From Raja brachyura (taxonomy: Eukaryota), in NCBI GenBank assembly GCA_963514005.1, contig OY740805.1:24118001-24182000 (forward strand): 64,000 bases of DNA. Reading direction: 5' to 3'. A program made the translations under genes and the position numbers. The first letter of the stretch is position 1. Each line of letters starts with the position of its first letter. This document shows, in pieces, positions 37,605 to 49,967 of this stretch. The notes under the pieces were generated by a model that was not told the origin of the DNA, made no database searches, and worked only from the letters and a program-made list of their open reading frames with translations.

Positions 37605-37959
37605 ATGCTGCCCCGCCCTGTGGTGGTACTGACAGTCGGGGAAAATCCAAAGTATCAGAGTCCATGCGCTCGAACATTGCCTGGGCAGATCTTGCTTCAA
37701 ACACGCCCTTCTCGCTTGCCGGATCGCAAACTCTACAGAGCTCTTTCGCCCGGAGACTGGTGACAAGCCGCTGGTGAATTTTTGCGATTGGCTTTGCTGG
37801 GTCCGATGGGCGGGGCGCTACCGTGCTATTGGTGCCGAGCCGCCGGATTGTTGCGCTCATTTCCAATCCGAGACAGACGGAGAAAGGATATCGGTCTACC
37901 TTCGATATTCCAGCATCTGCAGTTTCTTCTTAAACATAGCGATCTATCGTCTCGTCGAG
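37605..37959 (+). promoter_or_regulatory. B2M promoter: CpG-rich, NF-kB-like site, putative S-X1X2-Y module, GC boxes, further CCAAT boxes
   Basis: GGGGAAAATCC 37638-48; CCCGGAGACTGGTGACA 37749-65; GCGATTGGCT 37784-93; GGGCGGGG ~37808-15; ATTGG ~37828; CCAAT 37863-67. Confidence 0.7.
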
Positions 37960-38005
37960 ATGCGTACATTGATCCTGCTCTCGTTGGCGACGCTGTGTGT
38001 GGCGA
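37960..38005 (+). CDS. B2M: Beta-2-microglobulin exon 1 (signal peptide)
   Basis: MRTLILLSLATLCVA + 1 nt, then GTGAGT donor; phase 1 joins exon 2 in frame. Confidence 0.9.
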
Positions 38006-38089
38006 GTGAGTATACTTTGTTGCTTTGGCCAAGTGCATTGATCCAGCGGGGTCCATTCGGCTCCTTGCCCCGCTGAAAGTGATAGGGCT

Positions 38090-39880
38090 TATTTTCCAGG
38101 ATCCCCTCCCCGCTCACCCCAATGCTCCAGGTCCCATCTCTCTCCTTGAAACCTATTTACCGCCAGTCTGCTCTCTCGAAACGATCATTTGCCCCATCTC
38201 TCTCTAAAAGTCCTGCCACCCGTCCTAATACCTCGTGCCGGTCGAAAATAAATCCTCGCACTAACTCTTGTGTCCCATATCCTCCCCTCAAAACCCTTGA
38301 ATCCCATATCATCCGCCCAAAAAACCCGAGAGCTCTATATCTCCCCCCCCCCTCCGAAAATGTTCGAAGTCCATATCCCCCCCCCCCCAGTAACCGTCAA
38401 CTATAAGACATCAAAAGACCCCTCGCTAATACCCCATTCCTTCTCTCAAAAGAACCTTCCCTAATGCCCGAAGATAGACACAAAATGCTGGAGTAACTCG
38501 GCGGGACAGGCAGCATCTCTGGAGAGAAGGAATGGGTGACGTTTCCGGTCGAGATCCTTCTTCATTCGACGCCAGACCTCGCACTCGCTTACCTAGTGCC
38601 CCATTCCCTCAAAACGAATTACCCCTTACCCTCGTTTGGAGTGCTCTCACAATCACCCCATATCCTCTCGCAAAAAGAGTCCCCCCCCCCTTGTGCCCCA
38701 TATCCTCCCTCAGAAAGAGCCTTCGCTAATACCCCACTCCCTTTCCCAAAAGAGGCCTCCTTGTTAACCCTAATTCCCTTTATCCCCTCTCAAAAAGAGC
38801 CATCTCCAATGCCCCATGCTCTCTCCACATTAACCCAGATACCGCATACCTTTGACTCAAAAACCCTCAAAAGTTCCATATCCTCTATCTCAAAAAGAAC
38901 CCTCCCCATTTACCCGAATAGCTTGTCGCACAATAATAGCGATCTTCATTGACCCCTACTCTTTCTATTGGAATGAGACCGCTCCCCAGCCCTTTTAACC
39001 CCGATGTCCCGTGTGTGTGCTCTCTTTTGCTTGGGAAGAAGTCCCCTAAAATGTCCCATGTACTACGTGAAGTCGAGTCCACTCTCAGAATGAGCCCTTC
39101 CTCCGGCCTCTTGCTCCCATGTCTCTTCTCCCCTCCCCCATTTTGAAACATTGCTGAAAAACTTTTCCCATTACCCTGAATTCTCTCCTCAAAGAGCTGC
39201 CCATAAACCCCAAAACTGTGTTCCCCCTCCCTCATTCTCTCTCTCTCTCTTCAATGGACCCCCACTCCTCACGGGATTGGATAGCATTCCCGAGGCTCGA
39301 GGGATATGTGGAGAAAATGTGAACGGGGACTGAATTTGGATGATCGACTTTGACCGTGTTGTGAAAGAACATGTTCAAAGGGCTGTATGGCCTCTTGCTC
39401 CTATTTATTGTGTTCATTTAATTACCTCAGTGATCCTCTGCCCCCCTCTTTATCTGCAAGTACCTCCTCCCCATTACTGTAATGTGCTATGTCCTATCTT
39501 CGGAAAGAACCCTTCCCCCAACCCCTACTACACTGATGCCTGATGTGCACGTGATATTCACTCTCAGAAAGAACCCTCCCACTCTCTGTAATACCTCTCC
39601 GTCCCTTCTCTCTGCAAGAGGCGCCCGTTAAAACTCCGAGTCTCCTCTTTTCCAAAGAACCACTCTCCTTTTAGTCCCTCTCCTCTCTATAAGTACTCCC
39701 CATTCCCCCTACGCCTCCTTTCCCTTGGAACAAGACCCCAACCCAACCCTGTTGTCCACAATGCCCCTGCGCCCTCCCGCCCTCTCTTTTTGCAAAGAGG
39801 GTCCCTCCACTTCCCTCTCTCTGAAAGAGCAACACCCCATTAGTTCCACCTCCGTTCTTTAAAAGAAAGAGCCTTCAATT
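38090..39880 (+). repeat. C-rich degenerate minisatellite in B2M intron 1
   Basis: Recurring CCCCATATCCTC(T/C)CTCAAAAAGAG..CTCGCTAATA-like ~35-nt units; interrupted by a pLTR fragment at ~38470-38566. Confidence 0.6.
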
Positions 39881-41004
39881 AATGCACCTTGCACACGCTT
39901 CTCTCCATGTCGGCCCCCGTGAGGAGGATGCATTTGTGAAATGTAGCTGAGTTGGATTTTTAGATCTGCGTTTTGGAACCGACAGAGTGAACCGATTGTT
40001 TTGGATCCAAAACACTAAAAGTTTTGGAATCACTCAGGGGGTCAGGCGGCATTTGTGGAGGGAACGATTGGGCGCCATTTTGTGTCGAGTTTCTTCAGTC
40101 TGAATAATCCTTGTGTCTCTGCTTTAGATTCACCACAGGAAACTAGAAAGGGTTAATTAACAACCATGTCGTTAACAATCTCAGAGGAGATCACGGTGGC
40201 ACAGCGGTAGAGTTGATCCCTAATAGCGAATGTAGCACCAGAAACCCGGGTTCGACCACAACTACTGATGCTGTCTGACCTGTGTGGGTTTTCTCAGAGA
40301 TCTTTGGTTTCCTCCCACACTCCAAAGACATACAGGCTTGTCGCTTAATTGGATTTGCAAGAGAAAAAATGTTCCTGGGACGTGTAAGATAAACGTTAAT
40401 GTGCGGGGGTGGCTGGTCGGCGCGGAAGGGCCTGCTTGTGCATTATATTTCTTAACTAAACTAAATCACATGATAGAGCCCTGTTAGATTTTAGTGTCGT
40501 TCAAACTGAAACCAGGGTTTTCAATGGAAATAAACTAAGGAGGAAATTTGTTGGGGTTAATTGGAAAAATCTATTAAAGGATATAAACATGGATTAACAT
40601 TTATTGCTTTAAACATTTTAAAGCAATAAAATATCACATGCAACACATTATATTCCTTTAAGAAGCAAGGACTTAATAGGAAAAGTAATCCAAACAAAGA
40701 CTACAGGAGCAATAGTTTTACATTTAAAAGCTGACAAAAAGTTGTCAGAAAAAACACCATTAAGGTTGAGGATTGAAAATTCAACTGAAGAGAATACAAA
40801 AATTAATGAAGAAAGATGATTGAGGTTTCAAGTGTTAGGGTGTTTGTCCACTTGTGGAGCTTTATGAGTTGCTGTATAATCAGATTTTATCACCCCTCAC
40901 TGGGAAAGATGCTGGCGAGCTACCATGGTGTTGGGCGTACTTTGGGGTGTTGTACCATGAGAAGTTTGAGCTGGTTGGTCAGGAGAGTGGAGGTACAAGA
41001 GAGT

Positions 41005-41300
41005 GGAGAGGCACAGTGGCACAGCGGTAGAGTTGCTGTCCTACAATGCCAGAGATCCGGGTTCGATCCTGACTGTGGATGCTGCCTGCACAGTTGTTTT
41101 ACATTCACCCTAAAACCGTGTGCATTATATCCGGGAGCTCCGGTTCCCTCCCACACTCCAAAGACGCATAGGTTTATTGGCTTATGTAAATTGTCCCTAG
41201 TGTGCCGGATAGAACTAGTGTCCAGGTGATTGCTGGTCAGCATGGACTCAGTGAACCGAAGGGCCTGTTTCCATGCTGTAACTCTACACAAAATTAAACT
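41005..41300 (+). mobile_element. V-SINE in B2M intron 1 (another copy at ~40190-40465)
   Basis: tRNA head, V-domain, aaact tail. Confidence 0.8.
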
Positions 41301-41690
41301 AAGATGAAGTGTCTCAACCAGAAGTGTTGACTGTTCATTTCCCTTCCACTAATCCCCTCTACCTGCGCATGATCCATATCCCTCCATTCCCTGCATATCA
41401 ATGTGCCTATCTGAAAGTCTCTTAAACATTACTACTGTACTTGCCTCCACCACCAGCTCTGGCAGAGTGTTACCCATCACTCTCTATGTAAAAAAAAACT
41501 TGCCTCGCACATGTTCTTTATAATTTGCCCCTCTCACCTTTAAAACTTTGCCCTCTAGTCTTTGACTTTTCCACACTGGGGAAGAGCAGTGGTGAGTACG
41601 CTTTTGACAGGATTCTCAATCAGTGCTGGAGACCGTTGTTTGTGCCAGATTCTAATACGTCCTCATTGTGGTTCTTCTGTACATCCGCAG

Positions 41691-41969
41691 TTCCGAGTCC
41701 GCCACAGGTGGTCGTGTACACCTACAAACCCTTGGAGGAAGGTCAGGACAACATTCTCCTCTGCCATGCTAAGGAATTCAACCCACCCAACATCGAGCTG
41801 AAACTGTATGAGGGTAACAAACCTTTCAATGAAGCAAACCAAACTGATCTCAGCTTTGAGTCAAACTGGAAATTCAAATTGACCAAGTTCATCAAATTAA
41901 TTCCCAAGAAAGATGCGGAGTATTCCTGCCATGTGGTGCACATGGGTAGGACCAGTATTTACAAACTGG
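41691..41969 (+). CDS. B2M: Beta-2-microglobulin exon 2 (Ig C1-set domain)
   Basis: ccgcag acceptor; IPSPPQVVVYTYKP..NILLCHAKEFNPPNIELKL..QTDLSFESNWKFKLTK..YSCHVVH..YKL (B2M hallmarks P.VVVY, LLC..F.PP.I, DLSF..W.F, YSC.V.H); 279 nt; GTGAGT donor. Confidence 0.97.
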
Positions 41970-43051
41970 GTGAGTAAAGCATCCATTGGTCACAAATCTT
42001 ATACAGTAAAGCTTTAATCCTGCATACTTGGCACTTTGGTGGCGCTGGACAAGGAGATATTAGAAGTTATTCCCGACTAAATCACCAAAAAAATGTAATT
42101 CACTCTTTGATTTGTATGTTACATGGTATGATATACTTTCCAGTGAAGTCAGTAAGTTCAATGACATAGATTTGAGGTGAGGTCCGGGTATCAAGAACAC
42201 TGCATGAGAATGCATCTAATTTCACTTGACAGTTGCTGAACCATTCAATAGCAGATTATTGGTGCTTTGCTGCACCTGAACACACACAGCTTCATGCACT
42301 CTTTACCATATTGTAGTCCAGGCCCTTCAGCCCTAAACACAATTTCCTCAGCAACTGAATCATCCTACCACAACCCGAGAGCAGTGCTAAACTACTATAT
42401 ACCTCATTCATGAGTCACGGATTATCTTTGACCGGTCTTTGCTGTGTTTACCTTGCACTAAATGTTATTCCCTTATCATGCTCGATTGTAATCGTGTTTT
42501 GTCTTAATGCTTACTGGTTAGCACGCAACAAAAGCTTTTCACTGTACCTCGGTACACATGACAATAAACTAAACTGAAACTCTCCAACTGTACACCTAAT
42601 ATCAATGCTTAGTTAACTTCTACCTTTGAACATTACCAAGCATCCATTATTATATAAATCACCTGAATGTCTGGGTGAGATTCCTGCCTGATCCTCATTT
42701 CCAGGTATCAATTATCAGTGGATGAATTTCCAAACACTTGAAAAAGCTAAATGTGGGTCTGTCTTTTGGCATAACATCATACTCGCACCATTTTCAGTCC
42801 TGCACTAAACATGACTCTATGGTTCTAAACCGAGATTAGGATGGAGGTTCAGATAAAGAAAACAAAATAAGGAAGCTAATGAAGGCAAGTTTGGTTTGGA
42901 CAAAGGTAATGACAGACACAAAAACCTGGATTAACTCAGAGGGTCAGGTAGCATCTCCGGAGAAGAAGGAACAGGAGATATTACGGGTTGAGACCCTTCT
43001 TCAGACTTGGTCACAGACTAATGATGTTTTTGTTCTCTCTTCCACTTACAG

Positions 43052-43062
43052 AATCCTTCTAG
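43052..43062 (+). CDS. B2M: Beta-2-microglobulin exon 3 coding part (ESF-stop); exon continues to donor at 43077
   Basis: Polypyrimidine tract + ttacag acceptor; G|AA TCC TTC TAG; CAG|GTAAGC donor. A short exon 3 matches the canonical B2M layout. Confidence 0.85.
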
Positions 43063-43166
43063 GCTGCTGCACCACAGGTAAGCAAACTGACATGTCATAT
43101 GGCTACTGATTAGAATATTCTAACCTCACATTCGGACTTCTCACTCTTATTTCTTTGTTTTTGCAG

Positions 43167-44095
43167 CCTTGAACATCGACCTGATTACTGAATGATTAAC
43201 CGCGAAGTTGATCGTCTTTGAATTTAATTTTTAATTGATTTACAGTATCAGGATAAAGGCATAACTACCTGCAAGATTGGCTTCAGAACCGTAGATCCTT
43301 GTAATCGAAGCTACTGGCCGCTTGCTCTTTCCTTCGTAGTGTGAACAATAAAGTAGCTTTTAACCGCTCGCTTATTAGAAATGTAGTTTCCCCTTCCGAC
43401 TGCTGTGGCGAATTGGCCTGCAAGAAGGAACCAGTCATTTTCCTCTCTCCAGCATCCGATCCCACCCCACTACAACCCCTCCCTCCCACTTCACAACCCT
43501 GCCTAGCAATTTGGATAGCCTTGCTGTTAGAAGCCCAGATGCGATGGTTAATTTTGAGGCAGCAGCTCTACCAGCATATTCTCATTATTTCTGTACCTGT
43601 AATAATCTCAGTCTTCTTAAATAAAAAGTGTTAAAGAGCTGTTAAATGATCACAGCAATCAACCTCCACCAGTGAACCTCACAAGTACATCCCCAGAAGG
43701 ACATTGAGCTGAGAACTGTACGTCCAAAGTCACCTTTTCCTCCCATGGTCCATTCACATGGTGCATCTGAAAATACAGTTATCAGTTACTCTAACACTTT
43801 ATGCCTTTTGTCAACTGGTATCTAAAATTCCTTGTTTCTATCTTATTTTGTAATGCTTCTGACCAGTCTTCCTGCTGCACCCGTTCCCACAGTTATATTC
43901 CTCCCTGGCTATTTGCATGGTTAAGTTCATATTCAGCTGTTGATTTAAATAATACTTTTTAACAGGCACAAACATATGCCTTCATTTTTTCTGATTTTTG
44001 AAATAGAATTCTTGGATTTTAGGGGGATTCTTTTTTATCAATAATTGACTTTGATTACATGCCTAATAAAGGGTGATTAATCCATTACGCTTGCG
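43167..44095 (+). other. B2M: B2M exon 4 (3'UTR) with candidate polyA signals
   Basis: tttctttgtttttgcag acceptor ending 43166; AATAAA at 43347, 43620 and 44065, the last followed by a GU-rich tract. Confidence 0.7.
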
Positions 44096-44377
44096 TTTGT
44101 CATTTGTGAAATTTGGGTACAAGGAACCAGTGTTGACATCAGTATTGATAATACAACAACAAGCACAGGAAGGAACCCTAGCATTCACTCTCCGTCCCTC
44201 CCCCTTCCCAGTTCTCTGACCAGTCTTACTGCATCCGACTGTATTTTATCTGTTTGCTTTGTTGTTACCTTCTCCCAGCAGACAATGATCTATTCTACAT
44301 TTTCCTTCATCTGCATTCCCTTTATCCTATTTGTATACCTTTCACTTCCTTTATCTATGAATCTCCCTCTCACCTGA

Positions 44378-45030
44378 CATCCCACCATCCCGGGAATTAA
44401 TCTTGTCAACCTACGCTGCACTCCCTCAACAGCAAGAATGTCCTTCCTCAAATTAGGAGACCACAATTGCACACAACACACCTGGGGTATTGTGTGCAGT
44501 TTTGGTCCCCTAATTTGAGGAAGGACATTCTTGCTATTCAGGGAGTGCAGCGTAGGTTTACAAGCTTAATTCCCGGGATGGCGGGACTGGCATATGCTGA
44601 GAGAATGGAGCAGCTGGGCTTGTACACTCTGGAGTTTAGAAGGATGAGAGGGGATCTCATTGAAACATATAAGATTGTTAAGTGCTTGGACACACTAGAG
44701 GCAGGAAACATGTTCCCGATGTTGGGGGAGTCCAGAACCAGGGGCCACAGTTTAAGAATAAGGAGTACGCCATTTAGAACGGAGACGAGGAAACACTTTT
44801 TCTCACAGAGAATGGTGAGTCTGTGGAATTCTCTGCCTCAGAGGGCAGTGGAGGCAGGTTCTCTGGATGCTTTCAAGAGAGAGCTAGATAGGGCTCATAA
44901 AAATAGAGGCATCAGGGGATATGGGGAGATGACAGGAACGGGGTACTGATTGGGGATGATCAGCCATGATCACATTGAATGGCGGTGCTGGCTCGAAGGG
45001 CCAAATGGCCGACTCCTGCACCTATTGTCT
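44378..45030 (+). mobile_element. CR1 3' fragment (44478-45030, +) preceded by an inverted copy of its first ~100 bp (44378-44477, -)
   Basis: [20 protein letters not shown]...GTGY on +; [22 protein letters not shown] on - immediately upstream. Confidence 0.85.
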
Positions 45031-45719
45031 TGTCAGTCTGAAGAATGGTCTTGAAGTGAAACGTCACCCATTTCTTCTCTCCAGAGATGCTGCCTCTCCC
45101 GCTGAGTTACTCCAGCATTTTGTGTCTTATCAACAGTAAAGCACCGAAACAGGCCCACAGTGTCTGTGCTGAATACGATGCCAAGACCAACTTTTATCTG
45201 CCTGCACATAACCCACATCCCTCACTTCCCTGCATGTTGCTCAATGCCTGTCACTCTGGAGTGAGTTTGAAATTTGAGTAACAGGAGGCAATATTACGCA
45301 GGTGAGAGGTTCTGAGGAAAGGGAGATGTGAGGTATCCTTACGACAGAGAAGGCAGTCAACCGCCCATCAAGTGACTTGGGTTTGATTCAGATCTTGTTA
45401 CTTACGTGGAGTTTGCACGATTTTCTTGTGACCACATGGTTCTTGATGGTTGGCATGAATGTGATGGACCAAAGTGCCTGCTTCCATGCTGTATGACTCC
45501 ATAAGTGATTTGCCTGAGGCTGACAGGGGACTAACTCGGAGCCATACACCATTGACACAGACCCTTCAGCCTTATGGTGCTGACCTTAAAACATCCATCC
45601 ACATGAACCTCATTTTGTAACTTTGTCGCCACAGGAAATGTGGTGACTTTGCACTGCCTGGGTAATGTCAGCTGTATGTTTTTACCGGGTTGCATGCAAA
45701 ACAAAGAATTTCACTGTAC

Positions 45720-47870
45720 CTAACTACATGTGATAATAAAGCACGGTTGCGCAGCGGTAGAGCTGCTACCTTACAGCACCAGAGACCCTGGTGTGATCCT
45801 GACTACGGGTGCTGTCTGTATGGACTTTGTACATTCTCCCCGTGACCTGCGTGGGTTTTCTCTGGGAGCTCTGGTTTCCTCCCACACTCCAAAGACGCAC
45901 AGTCTGTAGGTTAATTGGCTTGGTATCATTGTAAATGTCCCCCTGTGTGTGTAGGATAGTGTTAGTGTACGGGATGAACGTTGGATGGGCCAAAGGGCCT
46001 GTGTCCGTGCTGTATCTCTGAAGTAAACTAAACTAATCATCCCATGAGTGATTTGTATGCATGGGAATAAGGTACATTCCCAACTGCCTGCTCAGAAATG
46101 AGGGAAAATATACTTTTTTCTCCAGTATGAAAGTGTCTGTTGTGACAGGAGTTCTGGCTTTACCATTTGAGCCACTGTACTGCATCTAGATTAATTTAGT
46201 TTAGAGATACACCATAGAAACAGGCCCTTCGGTGGAACCTGAGATGTGCCGTAGAGCCAAACGGTTCTGCCGATGGGACGCCGAGAGTGAGGAGGCCCGC
46301 CGCGATTAACCACAGAGAGCTTAGGTAGATTTTCTCCGTAGTTTAAGCAGAAAGCAAGGAGGGCCGCTGAGAACTAAAGGGACCTGGCTGGGCGGTGGCT
46401 GCCGGGAACAAAGGGGGACCCAGCAGGGAGGGCACCAAAAATTAAGGGGGAACTCGGGGAGGTGCAGAGAATAAAAGGGAGACTGGGCCAGGGTGTGCTG
46501 ATAATGAAACCAGGCCGCCTACAACCACGTGCAGAGCCATGCCTGGTCGGCCACGGCGAGTAGAAGATAAATCTGTTCGATTAACATTTTGTAACTTAGT
46601 CGCCACCAGAAATGTGGCGACTCTGTACTGCATGGGAGATGTCTGCTGGATGATTTTACAGGGTTGCATGCAAAACAAAGAATAGTTCAATAGTCCTTTA
46701 TTGTCACGTGTACCATGAGGTACAGTGAAATTTGAATTTACCGTACACTCATATAAACAGCAAGATACAAAATTACATAAATATTAAACATAAAACAGCC
46801 ACCACAGCGGCGTGTGAGAATCCCTAGGCACACAGCAAAAGTGGAGACCCACAGCCATCAGTCCAGTGTCCGGGCCACACACAGACTCTTCACCGTGATG
46901 TCACCCGAGTTGCACCGACCACTGTCGCTCTCTCTGCAGTCCCTGTGCGTCCAAACAGTCAGAAAGCCATCCACACTTGCACCAGACTCCAGGACGCTCC
47001 CGCGGCGCGACGTCCCAACAAACACCGAGACCACTGCGGTCACGGCAATCCCTCAGAATCCCCACCAGCGCAGGGAACATCCATCTTGCTTTTGGTGACC
47101 TCGCACTCCAAATACCTTGGTCTGAAGAAGGGTCTCGACCCGAAACGTCGCCTATCTCCTTCGCTCCATAGATGCTGCTGCACCCGCTGAGTTTCTCCAG
47201 CTTTTTGTGTAACCCTCGATTCTCCAGCATCTGCAGTTCCTTCTTTAACACCTTTTACCTTCTTCCTCCTTTGCCATGGTAACTTTTACCTCCTTCCTCC
47301 TTTACACTGTATCTAGGTACATGTGACAATAAAGTACAGTGGCGCCGCGCCAGAGACCCAGATTCCGTCTGTACAGAGTTTGTATGTACTCCCCGTGACT
47401 TGTGTGGGTTTTCACTGGGAGCTCCGGTTTCTTCCCACATCCCAAAGACGCACAGGTTTGTAGGTTAATTGACTTGGTATCATTGTAAATTGTCCAGTGT
47501 GTGTGTAGGATAGTGCTAGTATACGGGGCGAATGCTGGTAGTCGTGGACTCGCTGGGCTGAAGGGCCTGTTTCTGCATTGTATCTCTAAACTAATCTCCC
47601 ATGAGTGATTTTTGTGCATGGGAATAAGATACATTGCTAAGTGCCTACTTAGAAATTAGGGAAAACAAGACTATTTTTCCCCAGTGTGAAAATGTCTGTT
47701 GTCACTGGAGTTTTGGCTTTACCATTTGAGCCACTGTACTGCAGCTGGTTGAGTTTAGTTACTGATAACCTGTGGAACCTGAGAGGCGCACTTGGCAGCA
47801 GAAGGCTCATGGGATGTGCCGCGGAACCAAATGTCCCTTACGATAGGCCCCCGAGAGTGAGGAGGCCCAT
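45720..47870 (+). repeat. Local duplication: ~45720-46300 and ~47320-47870 (SINE plus unique flank)
   Basis: Both have a SINE followed by cccatgagtgatt..gcatgggaataag, ggctttaccatttgagccactgtactgca, gtggaacctgaga, ccgagagtgaggaggccc. Confidence 0.75.
47119..47250 (+). ncRNA. Penelope pLTR fragment with an intact minimal hammerhead-like motif
   Basis: GGT-CTGAAGA-A-GGGTCTCGACCC-GAAAC-GTC-GCC. Confidence 0.6.
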
Positions 47871-48190
47871 CCTTAATAATCTTATATGTTTCAATAAGAT
47901 CCCCTGCCATCCTTCTAAATTCCCATGTATACAAGCCCAGCTGCTCCATTCTATCAACTTATGACAGACCCGCCATCCCAGGAATTAACCGTGTGAACCT
48001 AGGCTGCACTTCCTCAATAGCAAGAATGTCCTTCCTCAAATTTGGAGACCAAAACTGCACACAATATTCCAGGTGTGGTCTCACTAGGGCCCTGTAGAAC
48101 TGCAGCAGGACCTCTTTGCTCCTATACTCAACTTCTCTTGGTATGAAGGCCAACATGCCATTTGCTTTCTTCACTGCCTGCTGTATCTGC
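47870..48190 (-). mobile_element. CR1 internal fragment
   Basis: [27 protein letters not shown]. Confidence 0.85.
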
Positions 48191-48236
48191 AACCAAGGCA
48201 GTTTGTGGTTTAAAGGTTATTAGGAGTTCATAGCAC

Positions 48237-49967
48237 CAGTGCTGCAAACATTGGGTGAGAGGTGAGAGTGAGAAATTGCGAGGGAGTGCAGCAACCGAGG
48301 GGGGGAGGGTGTGGGAGGGGGGTTCCCCCCCTCCCATGGTAGGAAGCTTGTGCATTTTTCTGTTTGAAATTGTGGAATCCGGTGCAGACTTTTAACTTAC
48401 ACTTAATGCAACATTTACGCTTCCAATTGGATTAGGTATAAGGTTAGGCTAAATTACATTCCTAATTACATTCCACAGTAGAGCCAGGCTCTGATCAACA
48501 GACGCAGCACATCAGTGACCTTAGTATATTCATGTATGGAATCAGATTATAATTCATGCTGTTATGCATATATAGAGAAACAAAAACACAGAAACAAGGC
48601 AAAAGGAGTCAGACTTCCATCACTGATCTGCACAAATAAATCAATTAACCTTACCCTTTGACTATAGAAACAAGACAAAAATAATGCCACATATTCAACC
48701 GTTATATGGTTCAATGAATTTAAGATATATATGTAAAACATATATATGGAAACAGGCTCTTCGGCCCACCAAGTCGACACCTACACGCCAGGGACAATTT
48801 ACAGAAGCCAATTAACTTACAAACCTGCACTTCTTTCAGATGTGGGAGAAACTGGAATTTCCACAGAAAACCATGTGGTCATAAGGAGAATGTACAAATG
48901 CCGTAGTCAAGAGCAAATGTGGATCTGTGGTGCCGCAAGGCAGCAACTCTACCAATGCGCCACCGTGCCACCCCATTATTTTTTTTTTCTCTGTAATATA
49001 TCTATTATGGTGTCACATCAATAAAGATGAACACATGATTCTGATTTCTGCCCTTAGTTGGATAACACACATCTTCAGTCATTGTGTTTTATTGCTGGTT
49101 TTCAACCTCTTCAGTCTGAAGGTCTCGACCTGAAACATCACCTATTCATTCTCTCCAGAGATGCTGTCTGTCCTGCTGAGTTATTCCAGCTTTTAGGGTC
49201 TATCTTCAGTTTAAACCACCATCTGCAGTTCCTTCTTACACTCTTTATTAAGCGAAACAGGTCCTATTTTCATAATATTGTTCACCTCAACTATGTCTCT
49301 TCTTCACCTCCGTTGCTGCAGAGAATACAATTCCAGTTATCAAATATTTCTTCAAAGTGAAACAAAAATTCCAGCCCTGCCAATATGTCCATAAATCACC
49401 CCTGGATCCTCACCAGAGCAATTGCACCCTTTCTACAATGTGTCATAGTCTCACAGCATAGAAACAAGCCCTTTGTCACAACTTGTTCATGCAGATCAAG
49501 ATGCCCCATCTAATCTAGTCCCATTTATCCACACCCCCATTGGTGCTGGGACCACATCCGTGTCTCACCTATCATACCATCTGCACGGGGATGTGAATGC
49601 GGGTGAGGCAGCATCTTTAGAGCGGTGGACAAAATTGCCGGAGAAATGCTCGAGTCTGAAGAAGGGTCAAACTCAGACATAACTGCTGCCTCACCCGCTG
49701 AGTTTCTCCAGCATTGTTGTCTACATTGCCATTTTAAATAGTATGCGATGGGCTTAAGCCAATTAAATTGCTCGTTCTTAACGGGGAACCCGCCGACAAA
49801 AAACTATTCTCATTGGTGTGTGTGGTGAAGTGTGACTTTGTTTATTTATTCATGTATTTTTTAAAATATTTTTTTGATCGTGAGAACTTCTATCATCAGC
49901 GTGAGAGCGTGAGAATTTCCTCAAATGCGTTAGTCTCACGCTCAATGCGTGAGAGTTGGCAGCCCTG
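48237..49967. mobile_element. Possible hAT-like non-autonomous element with nested SINE/pLTR insertions
   Basis: Ends CAGTGCTGCAAAC...GTTGGCAGCCCTG with subterminal GTGAGA repeats; both flanks contain AGCAC; unity of the element uncertain. Confidence 0.5.

Noticed and set aside
41525-41690. N-terminal extension of the 150-aa ORF covering B2M exon 2
   Set aside because: Intronic read-through; a canonical acceptor ends at 41690 and a proper signal-peptide exon exists at 37960
48652-48661. 7-nt micro-exon-like segment (tttctatag|tcaaagg|gtaagg on -)
   Set aside because: Too short to support, lies within a putative transposon, and has no linkable neighbours
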